Shown here: piece by piece, positions 14,051 through 28,144 of the stretch | Position numbering within the stretch: position 1 is the first letter of the stretch | Layout of the letters: every line of letters begins with the position of its first letter | NCBI GenBank assembly: GCA_951406725.2 | Contig: OX597818.1 | Coordinates: 104,408,001-104,472,000 of the forward strand | Reading direction: 5' to 3' | Source: Octopus vulgaris | Lineage: Eukaryota | DNA length: 64,000 nucleotides | Made by a program: the position numbers and the translations under genes | The notes under the pieces: model-generated | What the model was told of the DNA's origin: nothing | Database searches by the model: none | The model's input: only the letters and a program-made list of their open reading frames with translations

Positions 14051-14275
14051 CTCTTCTACTTTTTTACTCGTTTACTTGTTTCAGTCATTTTACTGCGACC
14101 ATGCTGGAGAATCACCTTTAGTCGAGCAAATCGAAACCGGGACTTATTTTTTGTAAGCCTAGTACTTATTCTATCGGTCTCTTTTGCCGAACCGCTAAGT
14201 TACGGTGATGTAAACACACCAGCATCGGTTGTCAAGCGATGTTGCGGGAACAAACACAGACACCCAAGCATAATA
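14050..14275 (-). mobile_element. SINE family B, 3' half
   Basis: Reverse complement of ...cgcttgacaaccgatgctggtgtgtttac...ttagcggttcggcaaaagagaccgatagaataagtactaggc...ccagcatgg...tgactgaaacaagtaaa. Confidence 0.88.
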
Positions 14276-14329
14276 ACACACACACGTACACACACACACA
14301 ATCGCACCTACACACACACACATACATAT

Positions 14330-15075
14330 ATATATACTTAAGACTTTGTTGTGGTCTGAACATAAACGCTTCTGACACAGAGGATTGGGAGCCTTTTGGG
14401 CGTTCTATTTTCCTTGCTGGAAATGTTCCCAAACCATAGCAAAGGGGGTGGGGGTTAGATGATGGGGGGGTGTCTTCAAAAGGTCTGGTATGTACAACCT
14501 GATCAAACTCTGCCGATCAAACTCCCAACCCATGAGCTCCCGTCGCAACACTGGTTCTGCAGAACTGGGTCGGGTGTGAAAACCTACTTTAAAGTATAAA
14601 TATAGATGTTTTTGAACCAGCAATGTTTGTTCGGTTAAGTCCTATTTGTGGTGAAAAATCAATAAACAGATTCCTTATGGAGTTTTCCATTTAATCAAGA
14701 TTTTAAAAATCGATAAATCAATTCCTTATAGGATTTCCTAATAAAATTGGCTGCACCCCATTTTCAAGCATAACTTTTACCAATTTTGATGTATTTTGTT
14801 CAAACTTGATGCCAGCATTACACAGGACTCACGGAATCTACAAATGCTTTAAGTTCTCCAAAAAAGGAGAAAAAAAACAATTGATGAGTGGAAAAAATCG
14901 ATAAACTGATTCCTTATGATATTTCTCAATAAAATTGTCTGCAACTCATTTTCAGCCAAAAGTTTATCAATCTCAACGGATTTCGTTCAAATTTGATGTC
15001 GATATTACTAAGTTTGTTTTGAAATAGCTTACTAATTCTAAATTAATCCCGGGTAATGCCGGGCTATACTGCTAG
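14330..15075 (+). mobile_element. Non-autonomous Helitron (5' boundary uncertain)
   Basis: 3' hairpin cccgg-gtaatg-ccggg at 15048-15063, then CTAG at 15072-15075 followed by T; internal repeat aaaaatc(g)ataaa...ttccttat at ~14655, ~14705 and ~14894. Confidence 0.55.
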
Positions 15076-15702
15076 TCTTGTATAAAGCCCTATTCACTAT
15101 CACACAGTATAAGGAGACAACTACCAATCACATAATATACATCTTTACAATTCAATAACAACAAACCTCCTCTAGAAGCTACGAAAGCCTTTATCGCTCA
15201 CAAATAATCATCTAATCATTTACAGCGGTTCTCCTGGCCTCTGTGAAACAACAAGTAATACGACACTCTGTCAACAGTTAATAAAGACATATCTGTATAT
15301 TTATTCATAAAAAGTGTACCTGTGATGGAAGAAAGGGAAAGTCTCGCTACAAACTGACAAACTGCTTAAAGGGCTGTCGACCACTCCACAGTTTTCCATC
15401 GAAAACCGATAGCATAGAATATTGAAGCGTTATCTGAAGCAGTTACAAGTGTTACTACCATCGCAAGGAATAACTGAATTTCATATACTTGAGATTTTGA
15501 CGACTAATCATTAATTGACCAATCTTTATCATGTGCACGGCACACCAGGAATCATAGGGGCAGAAATGCATTGTAACAATATAGGCCCTAGCTGTGAGCG
15601 AAATAAAAGGAATATGTTTAGATTCCCGTTTCTGACGCAGCTGCACTTTTCGCTATTGAAATATATTTTAGATATTCACACATATATACATATGCATTTG
15701 TA

Positions 15703-15763
<61 letters not shown>

Positions 15764-15986
15764 TGTATTTGTGTGTGCGTGCGTATGTGTGTGAGCGTGC
15801 GTGATCGCGTGTGAGTGTACATATATCACGGTTAAAAACTGAAAAGAGGGCAAGCAGTGTGGAACTCCTTCCTTTACCGAAAGCCAATCACAATAAAATG
15901 GTCAGTGAAATGTTGATTACACTAGTTGAGCTGTAGCATGGCCACAACCTCTAGGATGAAACGTATAAAAGAATGTATATCTATAC

Positions 15987-16041
<55 letters not shown>

Positions 16042-16704
16042 CACGTATTTGTATGTATGTATAAAAATATATGTAAAATATATTTGCAAATGTATGCATG
16101 CACTCACATATAAATATATACATACATATATACATACGTACATACATACATACATACATACAAACATACAAATGTACGTGTATGTGTGTGCATACATATG
16201 TACACATACGACATTGTACTATGCCAAATTAGAATAAGAAGCCATTATTATCATGCACGTCATCAATATCTTTATCATGGTTAACGTTGATAACAAGAGT
16301 AGTTTTACTTCCTTCAAATTTTTTTCTTCTTTTCGGCTTTTCCTCTTCTTTTGTGGTTTTGCGTCACTTTCTTTTTCTTCCTCAGTTTGACGTTTGACTC
16401 CTATATGTAGCGAGAGAGAGAGAGAGAGACATTCGATGTTATCTTATTCTTTTTAGTTAGTTTTTTTTCCTATTTGTTGTTATTTATTTATTCATTATTT
16501 ATATTAGTGATTTGATTTATCTCTTAGTTTTATATATTCTTTTCTGTTTCCTTTTTTTTTTTAATTTCGAAAGGAATAGTAGAATTGTATACCAGTAATC
16601 GTAAAAAGATGTTTATATCCCAGACTGTTTTTTTTTTTTTGCTTTGTAGTGCTTGTTTATATGTTTGCATGGTTGTATGATATACAGATATATAGCTAAA
16701 TACA

Positions 16705-16751
<47 letters not shown>

Positions 16752-16832
16752 GTGTGTGCGTATATATATATATATGAATGTATTTAGTTACATATATGTA
16801 TATGAAACAACCATGCAATATACATATATGTA

Positions 16833-16867
<35 letters not shown>

Positions 16868-16929
16868 CATTATATGCAATATACATATGTATATATATAT
16901 ATACATATATACATATGTATATATATATG

Positions 16930-16963
<34 letters not shown>

Positions 16964-18222
16964 TATACATATATATATAAATGTGTGCATATATATATAT
17001 ATATATTTATACATATGTATATAAATGTGTGTATGTATATATATATATATATATATACGTGTATATGTATAACTGTATACATATTCATATATAAGTACAT
17101 ATATACACACACGTATATATATATTTAAATATGTGTGTGTATGTGTGTGTGGGTGGGTGTTTGTGTGTGTGTGTGTGTAATATATGCGCAACCTAATATT
17201 GCTAATAGTATTCCCTATGCTATATTCGATTTTGACATGATACTCTCTTTTCGTTAGTGTCTCCTGAAGTTTTGCTATTAGTCCTTGTAATGTCCGCAAT
17301 CCGCCGGTCCTATGGCAATAAAATGAATTATCATTATTACTACTGCTGCTGCTACTGCTGCAACTGATGTAAGATTTTTTTTGTTTCGATTTTTTTATTA
17401 TTTTGTCCGTTGTTTTATCCTAAGGTCGAAGGAAATCAGAAACTTTAATCAACGGTAACCAATTTTTATAGCTCAAAACCAACGGAAAAAAACTTAGTGT
17501 TATTTTTCTTAATTGTATTGTTTTCCTTTATATATTAATTATATTGTTTTCTCTTATATATTTTTTGTGTTGGCTTCGTTATGAAGAAGGATAGGGAGGA
17601 GTAGAAGACGATGAGGGAGCGGAGAATAGGATTGAAGACCAGTAAAATGAGTAACATGACAAGAAGTGTATAAAAAGATAAAAGATTTATAGGAATGTAT
17701 ATATGTTCGTATTTATCTGTGTGAATATTCGTGTAGCTAGGAATATTTCAATGGATTAGAATGCCGTTTTGCAATTCAGCGATTTTGGCGGGGTTAACAC
17801 TGTTGTGCAGCTGTCTGTAGGTTTTACTGACATGATGTCGGACAACATACGCCTTGTTATTGATGCTAGGTGCACAGGAAAGTTATAGAGTAATTTTGAT
17901 TCGAGATAGTAACTTGACTATTAGTTAGAATGAATTTTTGTTCATGGAGTTAGGGTGACAAAAATTTCCGTTTTGAAGTTCAGCAAGATGTCCTGATAAA
18001 GAGCATTATCTGCAATTATCAGTATCAACAAAGCAGAGCCCACATCTCTTGCTGGTCATACAATCTTGTCTGTATTTCTTAATTATCTCCACTTGCAGTC
18101 ATTATTATAAAACTAGCGTCCATCTTGAAAAGAAAGGTCATGTTGAACAATGTCGTCCGTAATATGCATAAAGACGGGTGAGTCATGATTGGAACGCCCT
18201 TGTATTATTATTCAACTCTGTA

Positions 18223-18360
18223 AGGCCGCGAACTGACAGAATCGTTAACACGCCGGGTGAAATGCAATACAGCGTTTCATCCGTCTTTGCCTTTCATCTT
18301 TTCGTGGTGGATGAGACAAGTACCAGTTGAGTAATGGCTGGATTTGTGCCAAAATTTTAA
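18223..18360 (+). mobile_element. SINE family A, degraded and internally deleted
   Basis: gaactgacagaatcgttaacacgccgggtgaaatgc...ctttgcctttcatcttttcg...aagtaccagtt. Confidence 0.7.
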
Positions 18361-19386
18361 TCGTTATTGATCTGCTCTTTAAAACTAATAAACCTGGATC
18401 TAAGAGAAGTGTTTACATGATAACTTACGATGACCGGTTGTTGTAAATGCTAAACACAGCAGCCCAATTTCCTTCATATCAACCAATCAACAATCTTTAA
18501 ACGAAATAAGACATGCTGGAAAATAGAGTCTCGGATAGACAATGCGACTGTAATGGCTTGAAAACCTTTCATCATAGACCTGTTCGATCAGATATGACCA
18601 AGGACTATACAGTAACAATAGCTGAGGAAGCCGCCAAAATCTTGTTTGATTTGCGAAATATATCAGCCAGTAATCTCTCACAAATCCAGCAGGCTTATCA
18701 AAAGTTGTTTTATTAACGACGAAAGTAGCATTACTCACAAAAATTAATCTTAATATCCAAATTAACATAGATATCTTGTTAGAACATCAAATAGTGCGTT
18801 ATTAGCTTGGTGCATAAAAACACACTCATAGATCGTAGCAGACAAGAAACACCTGTCATGAGTGCCAGAATCCTTAAATTTTCATTCTACTGGCTATCAT
18901 CAGTGATAGGCTCCCGGTTGTCACATGCCAGTCATAGAGATGATGATATGTTATATATCGCAGCAGCGACATTTGACTTGTATGCGTTAACAGGACACTC
19001 CCCACTGATGTTTTACAGCTGAATGAAATCAAGCGATATGAGAAGTGAGGCATCCATAACAGAAGACTCTCCGCTACTACTATCTATGTGTATACTTTTA
19101 TTCACCAAGCGCCTACACTAGGGCATCTCTCAAGCATAATAACTCGTATTCGATATTCTAACAAGGCAGCCATGTTAAGATGGATTTAAAAATTGCCTTC
19201 TCGTAATAATACTGCTTCTGTCGCTTATAATAGTATTCACTATGCCACCGATAGATTGGATTTAAGATTCCGCATCGGTTTCTCCTCTTTATCCGTCAAA
19301 CGGATTATTTCTAGGTTTATGAGGACGTATACAAATAAGGATTTATAGCCAGGGTACAAGTACCGTAATTCCAGCATATGTATATA

Positions 19387-19773
19387 TAACGAGCAAAATA
19401 GCTAGCTCTAAAATCTTTAAATGGTAAAGAAGCAGTAACAATACTAGACGGTAAAGTTTATTTTATTATTTTATTTTTTTGCCACTGTAACATGGCTGTT
19501 CTATAAGAACTATATTACTACAATTTAACCCCAGGAAAACGCCTTTTTCAGTATAATTTCTACATACATCGCGTTTAGAGATTTTGGAACTAGCTATTTT
19601 GATCGTTACAAGATCACCGGCTGTCTGTCGTTTCTCTGTTTTTATATTGTGACTAGGGACGATTGACTGTGACCAGTACCGATGATGGCTGAAGACGTTT
19701 CTCTGTGAATAAAATGTAATAACATAGTTCTTTATAAAACAGCCATGTTATATTGTGAAAACAAAATTACCGT
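19387..19773. repeat. Two interleaved inverted-repeat pairs (A-B-A'-B'), probable Penelope-like terminal remnant
   Basis: A 19387-19421 versus A' 19574-19608 (31/35); B 19488-19513 versus B' 19724-19750. Confidence 0.75.
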
Positions 19774-19905
19774 TTACGTATATATATATATACACAAAAT
19801 ACGCATTAATTGTTAACAATTGTGTTGCCAGCTCTTTCTTTCTGTGTGTCTATCTGTTACTCTCTTTCTCTCTCCCTCTCTTTCTCCCTCTCTCTCTCTC
19901 TCTCT

Positions 19906-19967
<62 letters not shown>

Positions 19968-19991
19968 ACACACAGACACACACCATATGTG

Positions 19992-20023
<32 letters not shown>

Positions 20024-20082
20024 TGTATTATATACTTATTTCGTTATAGCGGCAGTATATATTTATACATTTTATTTATACC

Positions 20083-20157
<75 letters not shown>

Positions 20158-20161
20158 GTGC

Positions 20162-20239
<78 letters not shown>

Positions 20240-20659
20240 GTGAGGGAGGGGGAGAGATGATTATCAACGATTGCCGTGAATTATATATTCGTATGGCTTC
20301 TAATTACTTAATTAATGCAATTATATGCAATTTTAATTTATTCGGTCGCATTTTAGTTTTTACCAGATAAATGTAAACTGTCTTGTGTTGTTTTATAAAA
20401 AAATGGCTTTTTAGTTTTATTTTTTCTTTATTTTTTTCACATTAGATATTAGCTGTATATGCTAAAACGTAATGATTGAGTTAATATTCATTTGTCAATT
20501 AGTCTGTCATTTTCCGTGGTGAGTTGAAATTTTCAGTAATTAATATTTAGTCCACTACTAATTATCAGAGACTAATATATATGTGGAGGGGTGCGTGTGT
20601 GTGTGCGTGTGTATAGACTTTAGAATACACTATACATAATTTTACTGCAATTAATTGAT

Positions 20660-20867
20660 TTCAAATTTTGGCCCAAAATCAGCATTTTAGAGTATGGTTT
20701 TAATCGATAATATCGACCCCCGTGTTCAACTGGTACTTAATTTATCGACCTTGAAATGATGAAGGGCAAAGTGGACATCGGTGGAATTTGAACTAAAAAG
20801 TAAAGACGGGTAACATGCCGCGAAGCATTGTACACACAGTGCTAACGATTCTACTAGCTCACCACCT
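20660..20867 (-). mobile_element. SINE family A monomer (tail B type), diverged
   Basis: atcgacccc...aactggtacttaatttatcgacc...ggaatttgaact...gctaacgattctactagctc. Confidence 0.8.
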
Positions 20868-21233
20868 TACGTTTCCCTTTGATATATCAAAGTATCAAAG
20901 CTTTACGAAGACATATGTATGTGATGGTAGTCTTTTGTAATCCGAGAAAGACGGCTCTCCAGTCTCTTGCCGAACTAACTGGTACAAATTATTTATTTAT
21001 AGCGACCAAATGTACCTATTGTATTTTACCTCACTTTCACCATCAAATTGGAATTGGCTGAACACACGCACGGTTTGCTTTACGTCTAGTGTAGAAGTGA
21101 TAGCAGAGTAACGTCAGAGAAAGTGTTTTGTTGAAGAACATGACGCAACACTGTCTTGTAATTGAAACCAAGATCAAACTTTCGTGAGTGCATCACCGAA
21201 GCCATACAGCCACTAACCCACAGAACACTATAT

Positions 21234-21528
21234 CACCGGGATCACCGTGACCGACCAGGCTATCAGATGCTGCTACACATCGCTGGTCACAATGCGCTTC
21301 AAATGATGCCACCCCGCTGGCTAAGCAAGCAGGCCAACAGAAGAAAGAGTGAGAGAAAGTTGTGGCGAAAGAGTACAGCAGGGATCGCCACTACCCTCTG
21401 CCGGAGCCTCGTGGAGCTTTTAGGTGTTTTCGCTCAATAAACACTCACAACGCCCGGTCTGGGAATCGAAACAGCGATCCTACGACCGCGAGTCCGCTGC
21501 CCTAACCACTGGGCCATAGCGACTCCAC
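21234..21528 (-). mobile_element. SINE family C (tRNA-like head) with 13-bp TSD
   Basis: Minus strand tggcccagtggttagggcagcggactcgcggtcgtaggatcgctgtttcgattccc; cagaacactatat 21221-21233 versus cagaacaatatat 21529-21541. Confidence 0.85.
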
Positions 21529-21864
21529 CAGAACAATATATAACAAACTGAAAAGAAAGAAAGAAAGAAAGTAAGAAAAGAAACCCAAGTTGTTAGTGAG
21601 TAAAATGCAGGTCAGATAACTGGAGTAGTATGCAAGTATTTAAAATATCCAGTGTCTTTACTTTGAACTGTATGGATTGACAAAATTGATATAGGGCTGA
21701 AAGAGTAGTACTTAAGAGTTTAAGAGAAAAGTCTTTCCTGAAAGTAAATTGAATAGACTTCTATTTTTTTGGAAACCATTCCATATTCTACGATCTAAAT
21801 TCGTAACTGACATAACTGTGAATTATCAGGGAAATTGCTATATGGAGCAGTGGTTATTAAAGAA

Positions 21865-22165
21865 GGGTCGCCAGCGCATGACCAAGCGGTGAGGGCATTA
21901 CACTCACAATCGAGAGATCGTGGGTTTAATTCCTGGGCCGAGTAGTGCATAATGTTCTTGCGCAAAAACACTTCATTCCATATAGCTCTGCGTAAATTTC
22001 GACACCTGACGTGTGGTACACCGTGCACATCTTGAGACTACGTCGCTTCGTTGGAGGGAGTGAGTTACTGTACGGCACAAATATTTGATCACTAATATTA
22101 AATCATTCCTTCAGGCTGCTCTGCAACAAATTGCAGAATCGTCTTTATGGTACGACGAGAGACTA
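21865..22165 (+). mobile_element. Old tRNA-derived SINE with CORE-like segment
   Basis: gcgcatgaccaagcggtgagggc...gggtttaattcctgg...gttcttgcgcaaaaacacttca. Confidence 0.55.
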
Positions 22166-24149
22166 TCATTATCATATTTATGAAGAGAATATTTCTATAT
22201 CATCTTATTTCATTTCATATAATTTGGTAACTAAAGTCTTGAAATCCAAAACACAAAGAGATAAAGATATTTGAAATACGTTACCAGTTTATTCCCTCAG
22301 AAATAACAAATGTTAAAATAGAGATATGAGAAAATGGAATAAAACCTTAGAAAACAGGTACAAATCTAGGTTTAGAAAAAAGTAGAAAATTATATAAATT
22401 AGGAAAGCACAAATATAATTTGTTATATTTCGTGCCAAACATTAAGGAGAGTGAACTTTAATTAGATAGAACTTTCTATAATAGATGACTGTCGATGGCA
22501 ATTTAAATTATAGTGTATCAGAGGCTAAAATAACTTTAAAAATCAATTGTTAAATTGAATAAGTATATAGTGTGTCTTACAATTATATAGAAGCGGATAA
22601 ATGAGGAATTTCAGGGAGAAAAGTGGTCGTAAGTAAGTAAAGTTTTTTGGAATAAATGAAGCAATAATTATTTGTAAAAATAGAACAGAACTATAGAAAT
22701 GGTCGTGTTGAGAAATGTATGGTATTAAAGGGAATAAAAAGTTATGCGTGGTGCAGACAGAAAATGTAGGAAGGAAAACTAAAGCATTGAAATATGTTGT
22801 TTCTGAGTGTCTTTAGTCAAATAAAGAAATGTAAAACTTTATATGGAGAATGTAGAACGATTATTATAGTTATGAGAAATAACAAAGTATGAGAAAATAA
22901 GCGGAGGTAAGTGGATATGAAATAACATTGGAAAAGGCTAGAAATATTTTGTAAAAAAATTATTTCGTATATATTGATTAGAGGTATTATAGAGAAATTA
23001 TGAAACAGCTGACATTGCACATCCAAGAAGGAAAATTAAGTGGACAAAATACTTGAAATAGAAATAGAATAATACACACATACATATGTTCACACTAATA
23101 TGTGAATGCGAGTCTGTTTGTGCGTCTTTGTGTACAGAGAGAGAGGGGGGAAGAGGAGAGAAATTCTAACCGGAATGTACGAATGGGAGACAAATATGTG
23201 TGTGTATATATTTGTGTGTGTGGGTGTTTACAATTTAGAGGCAATGAGAAATACGAAAAAATATCACATTTAGAAATAATTTTTAATTGCGAAGCTCGGG
23301 CTTGAATCATTTATCTACCGTCTTTGACGATCGTGTTAGCTTCACCCTAAAGCTGCTCTCCATCATTCACTCGTTCATACTTTCTCTATTGTAATATCAA
23401 AGCTGTTAATTTCAGCTTTTAAAATCCGAGTGCCACAGTATGCATGTATGTATGTATGTATGTTTATGTATCAGGCTTTGTGTCTATCCTTTTTTTCAGC
23501 TTGGAGATGGAACATATGCTTTGGTGATGAAAGTTTGTTTTGAAATAGTCAGTCGTTAATTCCAAAGATGTATTTCCCTGACAAGTGGCTTCATCTGCGT
23601 TGTAGAAGTCACATATTTGCCGTTCAAAAACACGCAGAAACTGCTAACATGACTTTTATTCTTATTACTTGCAGTTAAATTTCGTTGCACTAACGGCAAC
23701 TCGGGCCTTGATACAACTGCACTACAACGACTTACCCCATTTAAGAGAAGGAATAGAACCAGTATTAATATTGGCAGCATATACTACTTCTTCTGCTTTA
23801 CAATTACCATGCAATGGATAGCTTATGAGAGTAATACAATTACAATTTGCAATGTTGTAGTTAGAAGATGAATGTTTTATTTGGAGAAATTTATATTAGT
23901 AATTTTGGAAAACTAAAGGAGATACAATGCCATACATTTTACATTTTACTTTTTTAGATTTTAATTTTCTTGGCTTTACTCAAAGGTTTTGGTCAGACTG
24001 GAGCACTGTCTTTATTTTGAGTTCTTGCTTTTTCACGCTCACTTCCTGGTTTTCTCACCGGAATTGTTTCGGTGAAGTAGCGAATTTGAGAGAACAGCTC
24101 TGCCTTGTGATTCTTGCCGCGGTGTTGATTCGTGTTGTACTTCCAGAGG

Positions 24150-24345
24150 AAAGTTTGTTGAAATGTTCTTTGAATATATCCACATCTACACGTCGCAGGT
24201 GTGTAAGGTAGTTTGGCAGAGTTAAAATTTTGGAAGCCTTGAAACCTAAGCTATTATAGTCCTCGGTTCTCACTCTGGATGGAGACGACAGTATACTACC
24301 TAGGCGTCCATTTCGGTGGCTGGTATAGCTTTCAGTCCTTAATTT
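24150..24345 (-). mobile_element. Decayed CR1/L2-group LINE C-terminal fragment
   Basis: ORF 24055-24381 contains RNGR...PSRVRT..YNSLGFKASKILTLPNYLTHLRRVDVDIFK, resembling the FNxLP...FK C-terminal motif. Confidence 0.5.
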
Positions 24346-24363
24346 CCATACACACACACAAAT

Positions 24364-24400
<37 letters not shown>

Positions 24401-24437
24401 AATGTATACTACAGGGAAAAAATTATTATATTCCCTA

Positions 24438-24570
<133 letters not shown>

Positions 24571-24611
24571 TCAATAACACTATAAAATGGTCAAAACGTT
24601 TTACACAGGAC

Positions 24612-24760
24612 CTTAGTTCGATTTGAAAACCCCACTAGAATGGGAGAAAGCGCTAATACATGATCTAAGTTATATAATGTATAAAAACATGTAATATACA
24701 AATAAATATCTGTAAATATAAAACCATCCGAATTTCTGAGTACCTCATTTCTTCTAATAT
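24612..24760 (+). mobile_element. Interspersed repeat with hammerhead-like motif (copy 1), probably Penelope-like
   Basis: Near-identical to 33341-33497; UUGAAAA-stem-GAAA-GCGC-UA at 24623-24655. Confidence 0.7.
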
Positions 24761-24826
24761 ATATATATATATATATATCACTGCATATTTTTCGCATGTT
24801 TCTCTCTCTCTCTCTCTCTCTCTCTT

Positions 24827-24858
<32 letters not shown>

Positions 24859-25521
24859 CGTTTGATATATTTTAGTTAAATTATCTATTGTCGGTTGAGG
24901 GTCTTACAGAAACAGTTTCTGTAAGATTTTAAGCACTAGTTCAACTTCTGCGCACTAAAATATTATGACATACACCGAAACATTAGATAGGTTTCCATAT
25001 TTAATAACGATTTTAATTCTTATTTAGCATTTTCACTGATAATTTACCAATTTTTAATTTAAATATTTACTATATAGAATATCGAGTGTTTTTTTAAAGT
25101 ACCCTTCTATTATCTTATTTATTTTCTCGAAAACTGTTCTACTTCATGCTCTTATAATCGCTCTCTGTCTATTCAAAAGTTTTCGTATTACAGCCGCTAA
25201 ATATCGACCAGGGTATTTTTCCTAACTCTTCGTATCCTCTATTTATCTTGCCTACATTTGACTTCTCTTTTTGTCTTACAAATACATAATTATATATTCA
25301 ACCCGTAACTGTTTACTTTTCCTTTTTCGTTTTCTTTTCTTTTTTTATCTTTGTCAGTTTCTGCTTTTGTATCTTTTATCTGTTCTCTCTGCATGGCATA
25401 TATTTAAAGCATCCAGCATCGTTGCTCGTTCTATTGGCTTTATTTTCTTCATCGACTATTCCCCTCGACATACTTTTATCATTTACTCCACACTTCTTTG
25501 TATTTGTATCCATGTCTACTA

Positions 25522-25602
<81 letters not shown>

Positions 25603-26169
25603 ATATATATATATATATCACGTTATATAGCTCTTGTTCAATATATTAAATATTCTATCTTCTCTCAGTGACTTATTTGCTGCATAGACTTAATCCTCTT
25701 CGTCTGAAAGTGTTGGATTGCTGCAGTTAGATTACTGCTAACATAGTTGATAGTAAAAATCTAAGCGCCCGGGAAAAATGGCTGCAACACGACCAACAGA
25801 GTTGCTTGTTTTCTCGTTGTAAACAATTTCAGAATCTGCCTCGGAAATCATATTCAAATTGATTTTATTTAGGAATATGAGCATGAAATTATGCATGATC
25901 TCCTACGCACGGATGCTGACTTAGGGTTAGCAGTCACTACTGATCCTGTGTATCATGGTTGAAATCTATTAGAAGCCTTATAGAAATTCCAGCCGCTTGC
26001 ATATAATTTTGATTATACTTTTTTCTGGGAGCTTTAAATGTCCTCGGTGCTTTCGTTAAGCTCCATATTTTCATATTGTCAGCACCATCGATGATTATAA
26101 TTATTCATATGGATAGGAGCCTGGTTGAAAGTGCTACAGAAATATTGTGATTACTGTTCGATACCTATA

Positions 26170-26311
26170 TACTCTTTACTCTTTTTCTTGCTTCAGTCAT
26201 TTGATTGTGGCCATGCTGGAGAACCACCTTTAGTCGAGCAAATCGACCTCAGGGCTTATTCTTTGTAAGCCTAGTACTTATTCTATTGGTATATTTTGCC
26301 GAACCGCTAAG

Positions 26312-26378
<67 letters not shown>

Positions 26379-26525
26379 CGACGGGCTTCTTTCAGCTTCC
26401 GTCTACCAAATCCACTCACAAGGCTATAGCAGAAGCCACTTGCCCAAGGTGCCACGCAGTTGGAGTGAAACCGGAGCCCATGTGGTTCGCTAGCAAGCAA
26501 CTTACCACACAACCACTCCTATGCC
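26170..26525 (-). mobile_element. SINE family B with internal (TA)n
   Basis: Head (reverse complement of ggagtggttgtgtggtaag), cacttgcccaaggtgcc CORE segment, and 3' tail. Confidence 0.88.
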
Positions 26526-26528
26526 TAT

Positions 26529-26605
<77 letters not shown>

Positions 26606-28012
26606 GCTAGAGACATACATACATGCATGCATGCATACATAACGCCAGTCAGACAGACGTACGTACATACATATCCTAGGTTCAGCTACGTCAGAATTAA
26701 CGTAGGTTTTGACAATTTAACGTGATCATCATCTAATTTATAACCACTTGAAGATTTTTGTTCGTCCTGTAGCGTGTACAATGAAAACCACCTACTTACC
26801 AAGCGGGTATACTAGGATTACCGGTTTACTCGCCGACGGGCCCCCATGCAACAATTTGTACCGATCTATATGTTAATAGTAGCACCAGGCTTCAACCAAA
26901 CAACAGCAGGAAGTGGGCATATACCAAATAGTTTTTAAATATTTCTCTTTATAAATAAAATCTCTAACGTAACAACACCATTTTTAAAAATTCAATGATG
27001 TAGACTAATTCTCCATTTTAAGCTATTGTATATGTTGTTTAGAGAGTGGCCTAATGCAGGGTATTTTCTTACCCTAAAATACTTCAAGAACAAGCATCGC
27101 TTAATTTTTAACATCTCTTATAATATCTATATTAGATATTATTTAACTGACTGTTATAAGGCAAAAGAAATATCAAAAGATTCCATTTATGGAATAAAGG
27201 TGTGGGTCAACATGATGGTAAATTGTCTGAAAACTGTTGCAAAGTCTGTTATGCTACATCTGTGCAAAATGGCGTAGATCTATAGCAAGCCTAAAAACGC
27301 ATATTTGAGCTGCCTGTGTTTAAGAGAACTATTTAGCAGTGGCTATGCTCGATATCGTGTTGAAGCCATCGCATGCATGTAGATGAACAAATATATACAC
27401 ATACTCACGCATACACTCACACACACAAATACACACACACACACAAACACATAAATATATACATACATTCAAACAGACAGACTGACAGAAAGGCAGACAG
27501 ACAGAAAGATACATTCATACACACACGCACACATGCATATATACATACGCATGTGCATACATACATAAATACACACAAACAGGCAGTCAGACAGACTAAC
27601 AGAAAGGCAAACGGACTGACAGAAAGACAAACAGACAGACAGATACATACATACATTCATACATATAAGTATGTATGAGATGAATGCACGTATATATGTA
27701 AGTCATTGAGAGATATGCCCAGGAATGTAATATGAAAATGGCCACAGGCATCTCCTTACAACTAATTTAAATATTAAGTATTTATATTTATATTCTTAAT
27801 CACTTGTATTATGGTCAAATTATCAATAGATTATATTCTTTACTCTACCAAAGAATGGACTTCTAAAGGAATGTTTTATACTTAATATATACATGTCTTT
27901 TTCTCGCATTCTTGAAATAAAATCGTAAACAAAGACATCTGTATGGAGACATCTGCCGTAGGCCATATAAGCCCAGGTATCTATATAAGTATTTGTGCAT
28001 ATACGCATGCGC

Positions 28013-28061
<49 letters not shown>

Positions 28062-28087
28062 CATACATACATACACACACATACATG

Positions 28088-28142
<55 letters not shown>

Positions 28143-28144
<2 letters not shown>

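Noticed and set aside
14420-14460. Twister-like gttcccaaacc...aaagggggtggggg
   Set aside because: The required stems and pseudoknots could not be formed.
22250-23060. Purine-rich stretch resembling decayed coding DNA
   Set aside because: No recognisable protein motif in the frames examined.
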